Assembly: GCA_016183985.1 (NCBI GenBank)
Contig: JACPDN010000005.1
Coordinates: 312,901-376,900, forward strand
Length of the DNA: 64,000 bases
Source of the DNA: Pseudomonadota bacterium
Lineage (GTDB): Bacteria; Pseudomonadota; Alphaproteobacteria; Dongiales; Dongiaceae
Direction of reading: 5' to 3'
The notes under the pieces are model-generated. The model ran no database searches, had not been told where the DNA came from, and saw nothing but the letters and a program-made list of their open reading frames with translations. Shown here one piece after another: positions 1 to 8,688 of the stretch. The position numbers and the translations under genes were made by a program. Numbering within the stretch: the first letter of the stretch is position 1; each line of letters begins with the position of its first letter.

Positions 1-262
1 TCAGCCTTGGCCATGGGGCCCTTTAACCTTTCCGGTATCGGATGGGAGAATCAAGATAACTGCATGATATCTTTAACTTTGCTGCACTCGCAATATTAAA
101 TGTTCATTCAGTGAACTTGCCATTTGCTGAATCACATGATAGATTTTTTATACAAACATTCAATGACCGGACGGCGACGAAGTGCTGATTTTGGCACATT
201 CGAGCACCCAACCGGAGCGCGGGGCAACACCCGCATCACTTTGAGAGCACGGAGATTTTCAA

Positions 263-1636
263 ATGACGACGATTAAAACCGAGCGTCGCAAAATGGATAA
301 GAATCGCGCCCACTTCAAAGAGGCGATCAAGCATCTGCCGCTGGGTGTCAGCTCCAACTTCCGCTATTGGGGCGACGACAACACGATCTTCGTGAAGAAG
401 GGCAAGGGCGCCCGCCTCTGGGATTTGGACGGCAACGAATATATCGATTACCGCCTTGGCTACGGCCCGGCCATCCTGGGCCATTGCAACGACATCGTCG
501 ATGCCGCGGCGCGCGATGCGCAGTCGATCGGCACCGTCTATGCGCTGGGCACCGAAAAGGAAGTCACCGTCGCCAAGCTCATCAAGGAGATGATGCCGGC
601 GGCCGAGCTCGTTCGCTTTTCGAACTCCGGCACCGAAGCCGTGATGGCCGCCTTGCGCCTGGCGCGCGGCTATACCGGCAAGGACAATTACGTCACCTTC
701 GAAGGCTCCTATCACGGCCTCTTCGACGCCAGCATGTGGACGGCTGATCCCGAGGACATGAAGGACCAGACCAAGCAACCCAAGGTCATCCCTTATGGCC
801 AGGGCATCCCGCAACTCGTCCGCCAGCTCTTCTGGCAGGTGCCGTATAACGATGCGCAGCGCCTCGAAGACGTGCTGAAGAAGAACCACGACACCATCGC
901 CGCCGTGCTGATCGAGCCGATCCTCGGCAATTGCTGCGGCATTCCCTCGAAGCCGGAATTCATCAAAGCCGTCCGCGAGCTGTGCACCAAATACGGCGTG
1001 CTGATGATCGTTGACGAAGTGAAGACCGGCTTCCGCGTCGCCAAGGGCGGCGCCCAGGAGCTCTATGGCATCGAGGCCGACATCTTCACGGTCGCCAAGG
1101 CGGTCGCCAATGGCTATCCGATCTCGGCAATCGGCGGCAAGGAAGAGATTCTGCGCAAATACGGCAAGGGCGTTGCCCATGGCGGCACCTACACCGCGCA
1201 GGCGATGAGCCTCGCGGCAGCCGAAGCGACGCTGACGATCCTCAAGGATACCGACGCCCTGAAGAACATCGCCGATTACGGTCAGGCGATGCAGGACGGC
1301 ATGCACAAGGTGCTGGCCAAGCGGGGCGTCCCGCACAGCTTCACCGGTCACCAGTCGATGTCCGGCCTCTTCTTCAGCGCTGAAGCACCGACGACCTACC
1401 GCAACTGGAAGCTCTCGGACTACACCTTCTACGACACCATGGCCGGTATCCTCATCGACATGGGCGTGATGTGCGAGCCGGACAGCCGCGAACCCTGGTT
1501 CATCTCCTCGGCGCACGATCAGAAGTGCCTCGAAGAGACGCTGGGCAAGTTCGAGGAAGCTGTCGATCTCACTCTGACCGAGCTCTCCAAGGGCCGTCAG
1601 AACGAGAACAAGCTGATGCCGGGCATCAGCGGCTAA
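263..1636 (+). CDS. Class III PLP aminotransferase, glutamate-1-semialdehyde aminomutase-like
   Basis: LPLGVSSNFR, GARLWDLDGNEYIDY, RFSNSGTEA, FEGSYHG, IVDEVKTGFR, PLP lysine in DIFTVAKAVANGYP; GGAG RBS upstream. Confidence 0.9.
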   Translation: MTTIKTERRKMDKNRAHFKEAIKHLPLGVSSNFRYWGDDNTIFVKKGKGARLWDLDGNEYIDYRLGYGPAILGHCNDIVDAAARDAQSIGTVYALGTEKEVTVAKLIKEMMPAAELVRFSNSGTEAVMAALRLARGYTGKDNYVTFEGSYHGLFDASMWTADPEDMKDQTKQPKVIPYGQGIPQLVRQLFWQVPYNDAQRLEDVLKKNHDTIAAVLIEPILGNCCGIPSKPEFIKAVRELCTKYGVLMIVDEVKTGFRVAKGGAQELYGIEADIFTVAKAVANGYPISAIGGKEEILRKYGKGVAHGGTYTAQAMSLAAAEATLTILKDTDALKNIADYGQAMQDGMHKVLAKRGVPHSFTGHQSMSGLFFSAEAPTTYRNWKLSDYTFYDTMAGILIDMGVMCEPDSREPWFISSAHDQKCLEETLGKFEEAVDLTLTELSKGRQNENKLMPGISG

Positions 1637-1659
1637 AGACCTACCGACCTGAATATGCG

Positions 1660-1690
1660 AACGGCGCCGTGGCAACACGGCGCCGTTTTC
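1660..1690 (+). terminator. Intrinsic terminator after the aminotransferase
   Basis: AACGGCGCCGTG / CACGGCGCCGTT stem followed by a short T run. Confidence 0.7.
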
Positions 1691-1811
1691 ATTAGGACCA
1701 TTTCCTTACGTCGCCGCGACACTGGCCTTTTCCCGCTGATCCGCGCTATGACCATCCTCGGGCCACGGAGACGACGGCCAGGGAGACGATGACCAAGGGA
1801 AGGGGATCATC

Positions 1812-2324
1812 TTGGGCTTCGAGCAATTTGCGGCACGCATCGAATCGCCGGCCTTGTGCGACGTGGCGCAGCATTGGCACCAGGCACGTGGCGCCCGTCG
1901 CATGCCGGGCTGGAGCCAGATCGATCCCACCGAGATTGCCCGGCATCTGCCAATAATCTGGTCGTGGCGATTCGACGTAAGAACTGGCAGCTTCACCGGC
2001 CGCCTCTCGGGCGAAGACATCAACAACGCCTTCGGCAAGTCCGTGCGCGGCGCCCGCATGGAAGAGTTCTTCGCGCCCGATCAATACGACCACATCTATG
2101 CCCGCCACCGCCAAGTCGTGACCGAGCCGTGCTTCGCCCATGGCATCGGCGCGGTCTTCATTCATGCCGACCGCTATGGTGAAGGCGAACGCATCATTTT
2201 GCCGTTGGCGGAAGATGGCTTGATTGGCGATGGCATTATCGGCGCCACCTACTACCGCTTCGTCGACAATCCGCCCGTCGGCAGCCGCATGCTAGAAGAA
2301 ACGGTGAGCTACTTCTCGCTCTGA
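1812..2324 (+). CDS. Stand-alone PAS-domain (PAS_5-like) protein
   Basis: HWHQARGARRMPGWSQIDPTEI, FTGRLSGEDI, GERIILPLAEDG are typical of small alphaproteobacterial PAS proteins; TTG start with AGGGG RBS. Confidence 0.7.
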   Translation: MGFEQFAARIESPALCDVAQHWHQARGARRMPGWSQIDPTEIARHLPIIWSWRFDVRTGSFTGRLSGEDINNAFGKSVRGARMEEFFAPDQYDHIYARHRQVVTEPCFAHGIGAVFIHADRYGEGERIILPLAEDGLIGDGIIGATYYRFVDNPPVGSRMLEETVSYFSL

Positions 2325-3130
2325 TCCAACGTCCCTGGAAACAGCTTCCACGCCCCGACTGCATCGAGATAGGGCAGCGAGGGATAATCCGTGATGGTGA
2401 GCCCGCCATCCACCGTCAGCACGGTGCCGGTAACAAAACTCGCCTCGTCCGACGCCAGGAACAGCACCGCGCGCGCAATCTCGTCCGGTGTACCCATGCG
2501 CTGCAGCAGCGAGGCACTCTTCTCCCAATCCTCCACGGCGCCGCTGCCGCCTGTGGTTTCCGTCTTGATCCAGCCCGGAGATACCGCATTGGCGCGGATG
2601 CCGTGCGGCGCACCTTCAGTCGCCAGAGATCGGGTCAGCGATTCCAGCGCCGCCTTGGCCATGCCATAGGAACCCCAATTGCCGTGCAGCGTCGCGGTCG
2701 AGGAAATATTGACGATGGCGCCCTTACCGGCCGCCTTCAATGCCGGCAGCGCATAGGCGGAGACGAAATAGGCCGAATGGAGATTAGCCGACATGATCTT
2801 GGCCAGCCGCTCGCCCGGCGTATCGTTCTTCTCCACACCCGAACGCCGCGCGCCAGCCCCGGCATTGTTGACGACAACATCCAGTCGCCCGAAATGCGCC
2901 GTGACATCAGCAATCAGCTTCTTGGCATTCTCCTCAACGCCGATATCGGCAGCAAAGGAAGCAACTATTGCACCGTCAGCCCGCAGCTTCTGAGCAGCCA
3001 CTGTGGCCTTTGCCGCATCCCGACCGACAATCGCAACCTGTGCCCCTTCAGCTGCGGCCCGCTTGGCAATGCCATAGCCGATCCCGATCGTACCGCCGGT
3101 CACCAGAACAACCTTCCCCGCAAACCGCAT
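2309..3130 (-). CDS. Short-chain dehydrogenase/reductase (FabG-like)
   Basis: TGGTIGIG, NNAG, YGMAK (YxxxK), NAVSPG; start moved to MRFAGKV (ATG 3130, GGGGAG RBS). Confidence 0.92.
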   Translation of the reverse strand: MRFAGKVVLVTGGTIGIGYGIAKRAAAEGAQVAIVGRDAAKATVAAQKLRADGAIVASFAADIGVEENAKKLIADVTAHFGRLDVVVNNAGAGARRSGVEKNDTPGERLAKIMSANLHSAYFVSAYALPALKAAGKGAIVNISSTATLHGNWGSYGMAKAALESLTRSLATEGAPHGIRANAVSPGWIKTETTGGSGAVEDWEKSASLLQRMGTPDEIARAVLFLASDEASFVTGTVLTVDGGLTITDYPSLPYLDAVGAWKLFPGTLDQSEK

Positions 3131-3153
3131 GCGTCTCTCCCCCATATCTCGGG

Positions 3154-3816
3154 TTAGGAATCGGTCTTTTTCTTCTCTGCCGCTGCCAGCTTTTCGCTTT
3201 GTTCGTAATAGAGGTCGAGCAATTTGACAAAGGCCATGCACGAGCGCACGGCATCTTTCGCCTTGAAAGCCTTCGGATAGAGCAGCGCCTGCAGCCAGAA
3301 ACCGTCGATCATGGCCGAGAGAGCCGCTGCCACGCGCACGGCCACCAGCTTGGCCTGCTTGGCCCCGGACGGACGCGCGATGCAGATGTTGTAGATCTGG
3401 TGTTCCAGCTCCTTCACATATCGGCGCTCGACCGCAGTCGCTGCGTCACGGAACTTGTCGCGCAGCTGCGGGTCCGACCAAAAGGCAAACCAGACGGCGA
3501 GCTTCACGCCCGTGAATACATCGCGGTCGAAATAGGCCTGGACCATTGCCTCAAGCCGAGCCCAAGGCTCGGCAGGCGCCGCATGCACGCGCGTCACCCA
3601 CACTTCCAGATATTCGGCGGCGAGATGCTTGAAGACCTCCTCGAACAGCTTGTCCTTGCTCTCGAAGTGAAAGTTCATCAGGCCGACCGATACATCGGCC
3701 GATTTCGCCACCCGGCTCACGGTCGTGCCGTGATAGCCGACCGCAGCGATCACCTGGATCGTCGCCTCGATGATCTCTTTTTTGCGGTTATTGCGGATGC
3801 CGGGGTTGCGGGCCAT
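3154..3816 (-). CDS. TetR-family regulator with BetI-like C-terminal domain
   Basis: HTH IIEATIQVIAAVGYHGTTVSRVAKSADVSVGLMNFHFESK; C-terminal WFAFW and AMIDGFWLQ as in BetI-type proteins. Confidence 0.88.
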   Translation of the reverse strand: MARNPGIRNNRKKEIIEATIQVIAAVGYHGTTVSRVAKSADVSVGLMNFHFESKDKLFEEVFKHLAAEYLEVWVTRVHAAPAEPWARLEAMVQAYFDRDVFTGVKLAVWFAFWSDPQLRDKFRDAATAVERRYVKELEHQIYNICIARPSGAKQAKLVAVRVAAALSAMIDGFWLQALLYPKAFKAKDAVRSCMAFVKLLDLYYEQSEKLAAAEKKKTDS

Positions 3817-3840
3817 GGCGGTCCTACCGTCCTGCGCCAG

Positions 3841-3912
3841 TGGATTGCCTGGTCAAGTCCGGCAATGACGGCAAAAGTAGAACGTCATGCCCGGGCTTGA
3901 CCCGGGCATCCA
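3841..3912. repeat. Pair of alphaproteobacterial REP-like palindromes (GTCATGCCCGGGCTTGACCCGGGCATCCA type)
   Basis: 3841-3870 reverse-complements to CGTCATTGCCGGACTTGACCAGGCAATCCA; 3883-3912 reads CGTCATGCCCGGGCTTGACCCGGGCATCCA; back-to-back inverted copies. Confidence 0.8.
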
Positions 3913-3936
3913 CTGTCGACAGGTAACACGATTGCC

Positions 3937-5127
3937 TCACACAATCTCCTTCTTGCGCGGTGGATCGAAGAACATGCGGTTCCGCATCCAGCATTTGACC
4001 ATGCTGCGCTCGATCTTCTTTTCTTTGGGATACCATATCTCGATCCACATTTGCGTACCCGGCTTCGTATAGGCTGGCGGAATCTGCGCGAAAGCGATGT
4101 TCTTTTTCAAGAGCGGCGACCACATGGCGGATGTGGTGAGGCCCAGTTCCTTGGTGCCCTTCTCGTCGGCATAGAGGAACGCACCAGGCGCGGGCTTCCG
4201 CCCCTCGATCTCAATGCCGCTGAGAATGAAGCGGGACGACCCGTCCGCCCTCTCCTTCTGCAGCGCCCGCTTGCCGACAAAATAGGCGTCCTTCTTCAGG
4301 GCGACCGCCCAGCCGATCCCAGCCTCCATCGGTGAAACGCGCTGCGTCGGCCGGATGGCATGGTGCGAACCGATGTAATCCACATCAACCAGAATAAAGC
4401 CGGCTTCTATGCGCGTCATTTCCAGGGCATGCCCGCCCATGGGTGCAATCTTCAAGGGGTCGCCGGTCCGGAACAGGCTCTCCCACAGCCACAGCGCATC
4501 CTGCGGCTTCACCCAGATCTCATAGCCAAGATCGCCGGTAAAACCAGCTCGGTCGATGCGCAGCCAATGGCCATCGACGGCAGTTTCCATGATGCCGAAA
4601 TGCGGCAGCTTGCCAATGCCCTGCACGCCGAACGTTTCCAGGATCACCCGCGCATTCGGCCCCTGCAGTGACAGGCCGGCGAGCGTGTCCGAGACCTCCT
4701 CGATCTCGACCGAGAAGCCATAGGCGCTTTCATTGAGCCAATGCAGCTGATGCAAAGCCGCGTTGAGCAGGAACTCGTTCTCGCCCAGACGGAAGATCGT
4801 GCCTTCCTCGATCATGCGGCCGTCATCGTCGCACCAGGCCGTATAGGCGGCGTTCATCGGCTTGATCTTGGTCAGATCGCGCGTCACCAGATAGTTCGCG
4901 AACTTCGCTGCATCTTTGCCCTTGATCGCATATTTGATCAGCGGCGAAACGTCATAGACCGTGGCCCCGTTGCGGCATGCCATGTATTCCGACTGCGTCG
5001 AATCATAGAAGGCCGGCGAGTAAAAGCCCTGCCACCGAATCCAGCCCGCCCCATGCATCATGGCCGACATCGGCTCATGGAACGGCGTCTTCTTGAGGAA
5101 CGGCTTCAGATGCTGAACATGGGTCAT
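3937..5127 (-). CDS. Aminomethyltransferase family (GcvT-like, THF-binding) protein
   Basis: KKTPFH, YDVSPLIK, DDDGRMIEEG, LSLQGPNA, RAGFTGDLGYEIW, MTRIEAGF. Confidence 0.9.
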   Translation of the reverse strand: MTHVQHLKPFLKKTPFHEPMSAMMHGAGWIRWQGFYSPAFYDSTQSEYMACRNGATVYDVSPLIKYAIKGKDAAKFANYLVTRDLTKIKPMNAAYTAWCDDDGRMIEEGTIFRLGENEFLLNAALHQLHWLNESAYGFSVEIEEVSDTLAGLSLQGPNARVILETFGVQGIGKLPHFGIMETAVDGHWLRIDRAGFTGDLGYEIWVKPQDALWLWESLFRTGDPLKIAPMGGHALEMTRIEAGFILVDVDYIGSHHAIRPTQRVSPMEAGIGWAVALKKDAYFVGKRALQKERADGSSRFILSGIEIEGRKPAPGAFLYADEKGTKELGLTTSAMWSPLLKKNIAFAQIPPAYTKPGTQMWIEIWYPKEKKIERSMVKCWMRNRMFFDPPRKKEIV

Positions 5128-5160
5128 GCAATGACTCCGTCATTGATCAGTTGCAAGCAG

Positions 5161-5275
5161 TACCCCCCTCCCCGGCCCTCCCCCTCAAGGGGGGAGGGCG
5201 AAGTGAGGCACTGCCTAACAACGAGTTGGGTGCTGTCCTCTCCTCCCTTGAGGGAGAGAGCTGGAGAGGGGGGTA
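5161..5275. repeat. Inverted pair of CCCCCC-N-CCTCCCCCTCAAGGGGGGAGGG-type palindromic repeats (REP/RPE-like)
   Basis: 5161-5198 TACCCCCCTCCCCGGCCCTCCCCCTCAAGGGGGGAGGG and the inverted copy at 5236-5275; intergenic. Confidence 0.75.
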
Positions 5276-5292
5276 GCAACTGCGCCATCGCA

Positions 5293-6891
5293 TCACGCCA
5301 CATGACCACGCCTCCCCTTCACATCCTTCAAAATCTCGCGTGCCGCATTGGCGCCGGCCGCACCCGAGACGTTGCCGCCCGGATGAGCGCCCGCCCCGCA
5401 CAGCCACAGGCCCGGCAGCGGCATCTTGTATTGCTGGAACGAGGCGGCCGGCCGCAGAAAGAAGACCTGGTCCAGAGTCACTTCACCGTGATGCCATTGC
5501 CCACCCGAAAGGTTGAATTGGCTCTCCATATCCTGCGGTGTCAGCACTTCGGACGCCGTCACTTGGGCTTTCACCCCCGGCGCAATCTGCTCCAGCACGT
5601 TTAGCGTCCGCTCCAGCACCTGCGTCCGCGCTTCATCTGCTGTGGTGGTGCGCAATTTGTAGGGCGCGTATTGGCTCAGGATCGACATGACATGCTTGCC
5701 GCTGGGTGCCAGGCTCGGATCGGTCAGCGTCGGCACCACGATTTCGAGCGCCGGGTTGTCGGCCACGCGACCGTATTTCGCACAATCGAAGGCATGTTCG
5801 ACGTAATTCGTCGACGGCGCGAAGATCATCCGGCCCTGCGCATTGCGGAACACGTCGGGCAGGCCATCCAATGCCAGATGCACCTTCGCCACACAGCCAT
5901 TCATGCGAAGGTGCCGCATGCGTCGCAGGAACTCGGTGTCAAGATTGCCGGGCTCCACAAGATGCAACAATGTCCGCTGCGGATCGGCGCTTGACGCGAT
6001 AATTGGTGCGCGGATTTCCTCCCCACTCGCCAGGACCACACCGACGGCTTGATCCTTTTCAATGAGGATGCGACCGACCGGCGCTTGCGTGCGGATAGCG
6101 ACGCCGGCTGCCTTCGCCGCCTGCGCCAGCGCATCGACAACGGCGCCCATCCCGCCCTGTGGCAGGAAGTGACCGCCCTGCCCGTGCTTCGTGTCCATCG
6201 ACGCCAGGCGGTAAAGCAGGTTGAAGACGGTGTTGGGCGAGCGCGGCCCCAGATAGACGCCGAGCGTCGCCTCGAGGCCCAGCAATCCTTTGAGGATATC
6301 GCTCTCAAAGAAATCGTTAGCGAGGTCCGCCACATTGATGGTGAGGATGCGGGAAAGCTCCAGCATGTCCTTCTTGCCCATCATGCGCAGCTTCAGCGCA
6401 AACATGCCGAGCGCGAGTTTGGTCTGGAAATCGTTCGAACTCGGCGATGGGCTCGGCGGCGTGCGCAACAGGAAGCTACCCAAGGCACCCGCCAGTCGCA
6501 CCAGTCGCTCCATGCGCGGGTGATAGGCCAGCGAATCCGCCTGGCTGAATTTGGCGATGGCCGCCTGCGTCGCCACCTTGTCGGAGGTGATGTCGAGCCG
6601 CGCGCCACCGGGCAGCATGGCCGAGGTGCCGATCGCCTTGTCCGCGATCTTCAGCCCGTGCTGCATCAAATCGAGATCGGCGATGATCTTGGGATGCAAT
6701 GCATGCAACAGATGGGCCACAGCCGAAACTCGGTAGCCTTTGGCGAATTCCCGCGTCCGGGCGGCACCGCCCGGCTGCTCACCCGCTTCCAGCACCAGCA
6801 CTTTCTGCCCGGCTTTCGCCAGATAAGTCGATGTCACAAGGCCGTTATGCCCGGCGCCAATGACGATGACGTCGTAATTGTTGGCGGCCAT
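5293..6891 (-). CDS. Phytoene dehydrogenase-like FAD-dependent oxidoreductase (paralog B)
   Basis: YDVIVIGAGHNGL Rossmann motif, LPQGGMGAV, GGQWHHGE, LWLCGAGAHPGGNVSGAAGANAA; start at ATG 6891, immediately after the upstream stop. Confidence 0.88.
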   Translation of the reverse strand: MAANNYDVIVIGAGHNGLVTSTYLAKAGQKVLVLEAGEQPGGAARTREFAKGYRVSAVAHLLHALHPKIIADLDLMQHGLKIADKAIGTSAMLPGGARLDITSDKVATQAAIAKFSQADSLAYHPRMERLVRLAGALGSFLLRTPPSPSPSSNDFQTKLALGMFALKLRMMGKKDMLELSRILTINVADLANDFFESDILKGLLGLEATLGVYLGPRSPNTVFNLLYRLASMDTKHGQGGHFLPQGGMGAVVDALAQAAKAAGVAIRTQAPVGRILIEKDQAVGVVLASGEEIRAPIIASSADPQRTLLHLVEPGNLDTEFLRRMRHLRMNGCVAKVHLALDGLPDVFRNAQGRMIFAPSTNYVEHAFDCAKYGRVADNPALEIVVPTLTDPSLAPSGKHVMSILSQYAPYKLRTTTADEARTQVLERTLNVLEQIAPGVKAQVTASEVLTPQDMESQFNLSGGQWHHGEVTLDQVFFLRPAASFQQYKMPLPGLWLCGAGAHPGGNVSGAAGANAAREILKDVKGRRGHVA

Positions 6892-6892
6892 G

Positions 6893-8548
6893 TCACACCA
6901 CCCCGTGCTTGAAGTCTCTGAGCATTTCGCGCGCCGCATTGGCGCCGGGCGCACCCATCACGCCGCCGCCCGGATGCGTGCCCGATCCGCACATATAGAA
7001 ATTGTCGAACGGACCGCGATATTGGCCGAGGCCCGGGAACGGCCGGTTGAACAGCATCTGGTCGAGCGTCAACTCACCTTGGAAGATATTGCCTTCGGTG
7101 AGGCCGACTTCATTCTCGATGTCCCAGGGTGTGCGCGTCTGGCAATGCAGGATCAGCTTTTTGAAGCCGGGCGCGTTCATCTCGATCGTATCGAGCACGT
7201 CATTTTCAAACGCCGCTTTCATCTCCGGCGTCCAGGGTTGCTCGCCAAGCTTGTAGGGCACGTATTGCACGAAGACCGACATGAAATGCTTGCCCGGCGG
7301 TGACATGGTGGGATCGACCGTCGTCGGTATGACAATGTCGAGGAACGGCCGCTTCGACCACGAGCCGTATTTGTAATCGTCATAGGCGCGCTCGATGTAA
7401 TCGAAGTCGCCACCGATATCGATCGTACCCCAGGCCGATTCCTTCGGCAGGCCGGCAAATTGCGGCAATCCGTCGAGAGCAATGTTGAGCTTGCCCGAGC
7501 TGCCGCGGATCTTGAAGTTCTTGGCGTAGGTATGGATGTCGGGATCTATTGCATCGAGATCCGATTTCTCAATGAGTTTCAGATAGGTGCGCTTCGGATC
7601 GGCATTGGAGACGACCGTGCGCGCATAGATCTCTTCGCCATTCTTCAACGCAACACCGACCGCCTTGCCATTGCGCACGATGATCTTGTCCACCTCTGCA
7701 TTGGTGCGAATCTCGACGCCGGCCTCAGTCGCAGCCGACGCGATCGCCTTCGAGACCGACCCCATGCCACCGCGCGCAAAGCCCCAGGCGCCGATCTGCC
7801 CATCGACTTCGCCCATATAATGGTGCAGCAGCACATAGGCCGTACCCGGTGAATACGGGCCCAGCGCCGTGCCGATGATCGACGAGGCGGCAGAGAAGCC
7901 TTTCCAGCGTGGCGTCTCGAAATACTCGTCGAGAAAATCGCCGATCGACATGGTCCAGAAGCGGATGATCTCATACATCTGCTTCTCGCCCATGCGCCCG
8001 AACTCGCGCGCGATCTTCAGCAACCCTTCCAGATCGTTGCGCTTGCCCCAGGGGTTGATCTTGTTCTGCGCAAACGGGTTGATTTGTGTGGGGTCGGGCG
8101 GCGTCACCATCAGCAGCGGCTTGATGAAGCGGCACTGCCGGCTGATCTCCGCCGCATAATGATCGTAAGCCTCTGCATCCTTGATCGAATGCCGGCGCAG
8201 CGATTCACGCGTGCGGTCATGATCCGAATAGGTGACGATCCCCTCGCCTTCCGGATTGGGCGACGAGTTGATCTCATAGGGGATGACTTGCAACCCGTGT
8301 CGCGGCAGATCGAGGAAGCGGAATATCTCCGGCCTCAGCAGCGAGCACACATAGGAGCAGGTCGAATAGGTGAAGCCGGGATAGATCTCCTCCGACATCG
8401 CCGCGCCACCCACCTTGTGATAGCGTTCCAGCACCAACACCTTGAGCTTGTTCTTGCCGTCCTTCTCGCCCCCTTTGGCGAGATAGGCTGCCGTCACCAA
8501 CCCGTTATGACCGCCGCCGATCACAATGGCATCGTATTTGGTCGCCAT
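6893..8548 (-). CDS. Phytoene dehydrogenase-like FAD-dependent oxidoreductase (paralog A)
   Basis: YDAIVIGGGHNGL, GGAAMSEEIYPGF, GAWGFARGGMG, GNIFQGELTLDQM, CGSGTHPGGGVMGAPG. Confidence 0.9.
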   Translation of the reverse strand: MATKYDAIVIGGGHNGLVTAAYLAKGGEKDGKNKLKVLVLERYHKVGGAAMSEEIYPGFTYSTCSYVCSLLRPEIFRFLDLPRHGLQVIPYEINSSPNPEGEGIVTYSDHDRTRESLRRHSIKDAEAYDHYAAEISRQCRFIKPLLMVTPPDPTQINPFAQNKINPWGKRNDLEGLLKIAREFGRMGEKQMYEIIRFWTMSIGDFLDEYFETPRWKGFSAASSIIGTALGPYSPGTAYVLLHHYMGEVDGQIGAWGFARGGMGSVSKAIASAATEAGVEIRTNAEVDKIIVRNGKAVGVALKNGEEIYARTVVSNADPKRTYLKLIEKSDLDAIDPDIHTYAKNFKIRGSSGKLNIALDGLPQFAGLPKESAWGTIDIGGDFDYIERAYDDYKYGSWSKRPFLDIVIPTTVDPTMSPPGKHFMSVFVQYVPYKLGEQPWTPEMKAAFENDVLDTIEMNAPGFKKLILHCQTRTPWDIENEVGLTEGNIFQGELTLDQMLFNRPFPGLGQYRGPFDNFYMCGSGTHPGGGVMGAPGANAAREMLRDFKHGVV

Positions 8549-8564
8549 CGCTCCCCCTTGAAGC

Positions 8565-8597
8565 TGAATGCTTATTCAATTCTTGAATGCTTATTCA
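8565..8597. promoter_or_regulatory. Tandem operator, two identical TGAATGCTTATTCA quasi-palindromes
   Basis: Exact 14-mer at 8565-8578 and 8584-8597 (19-bp period), 17 bp upstream of the operon start. Confidence 0.7.
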
Positions 8598-8688
8598 GTT
8601 TCATGGGCCCTGTCCAGACCCCATTGACGCTTGCGCCCCACGCCTTTACCAAGACCCTCAGGGACGCTGAAAAAATCTAGGATTTTCA

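Noticed and set aside
5293-8548. Carotenoid biosynthesis (crtI)
   Set aside because: No crtB, crtE or crtY nearby; the GcvT/TetR context points to catabolism.
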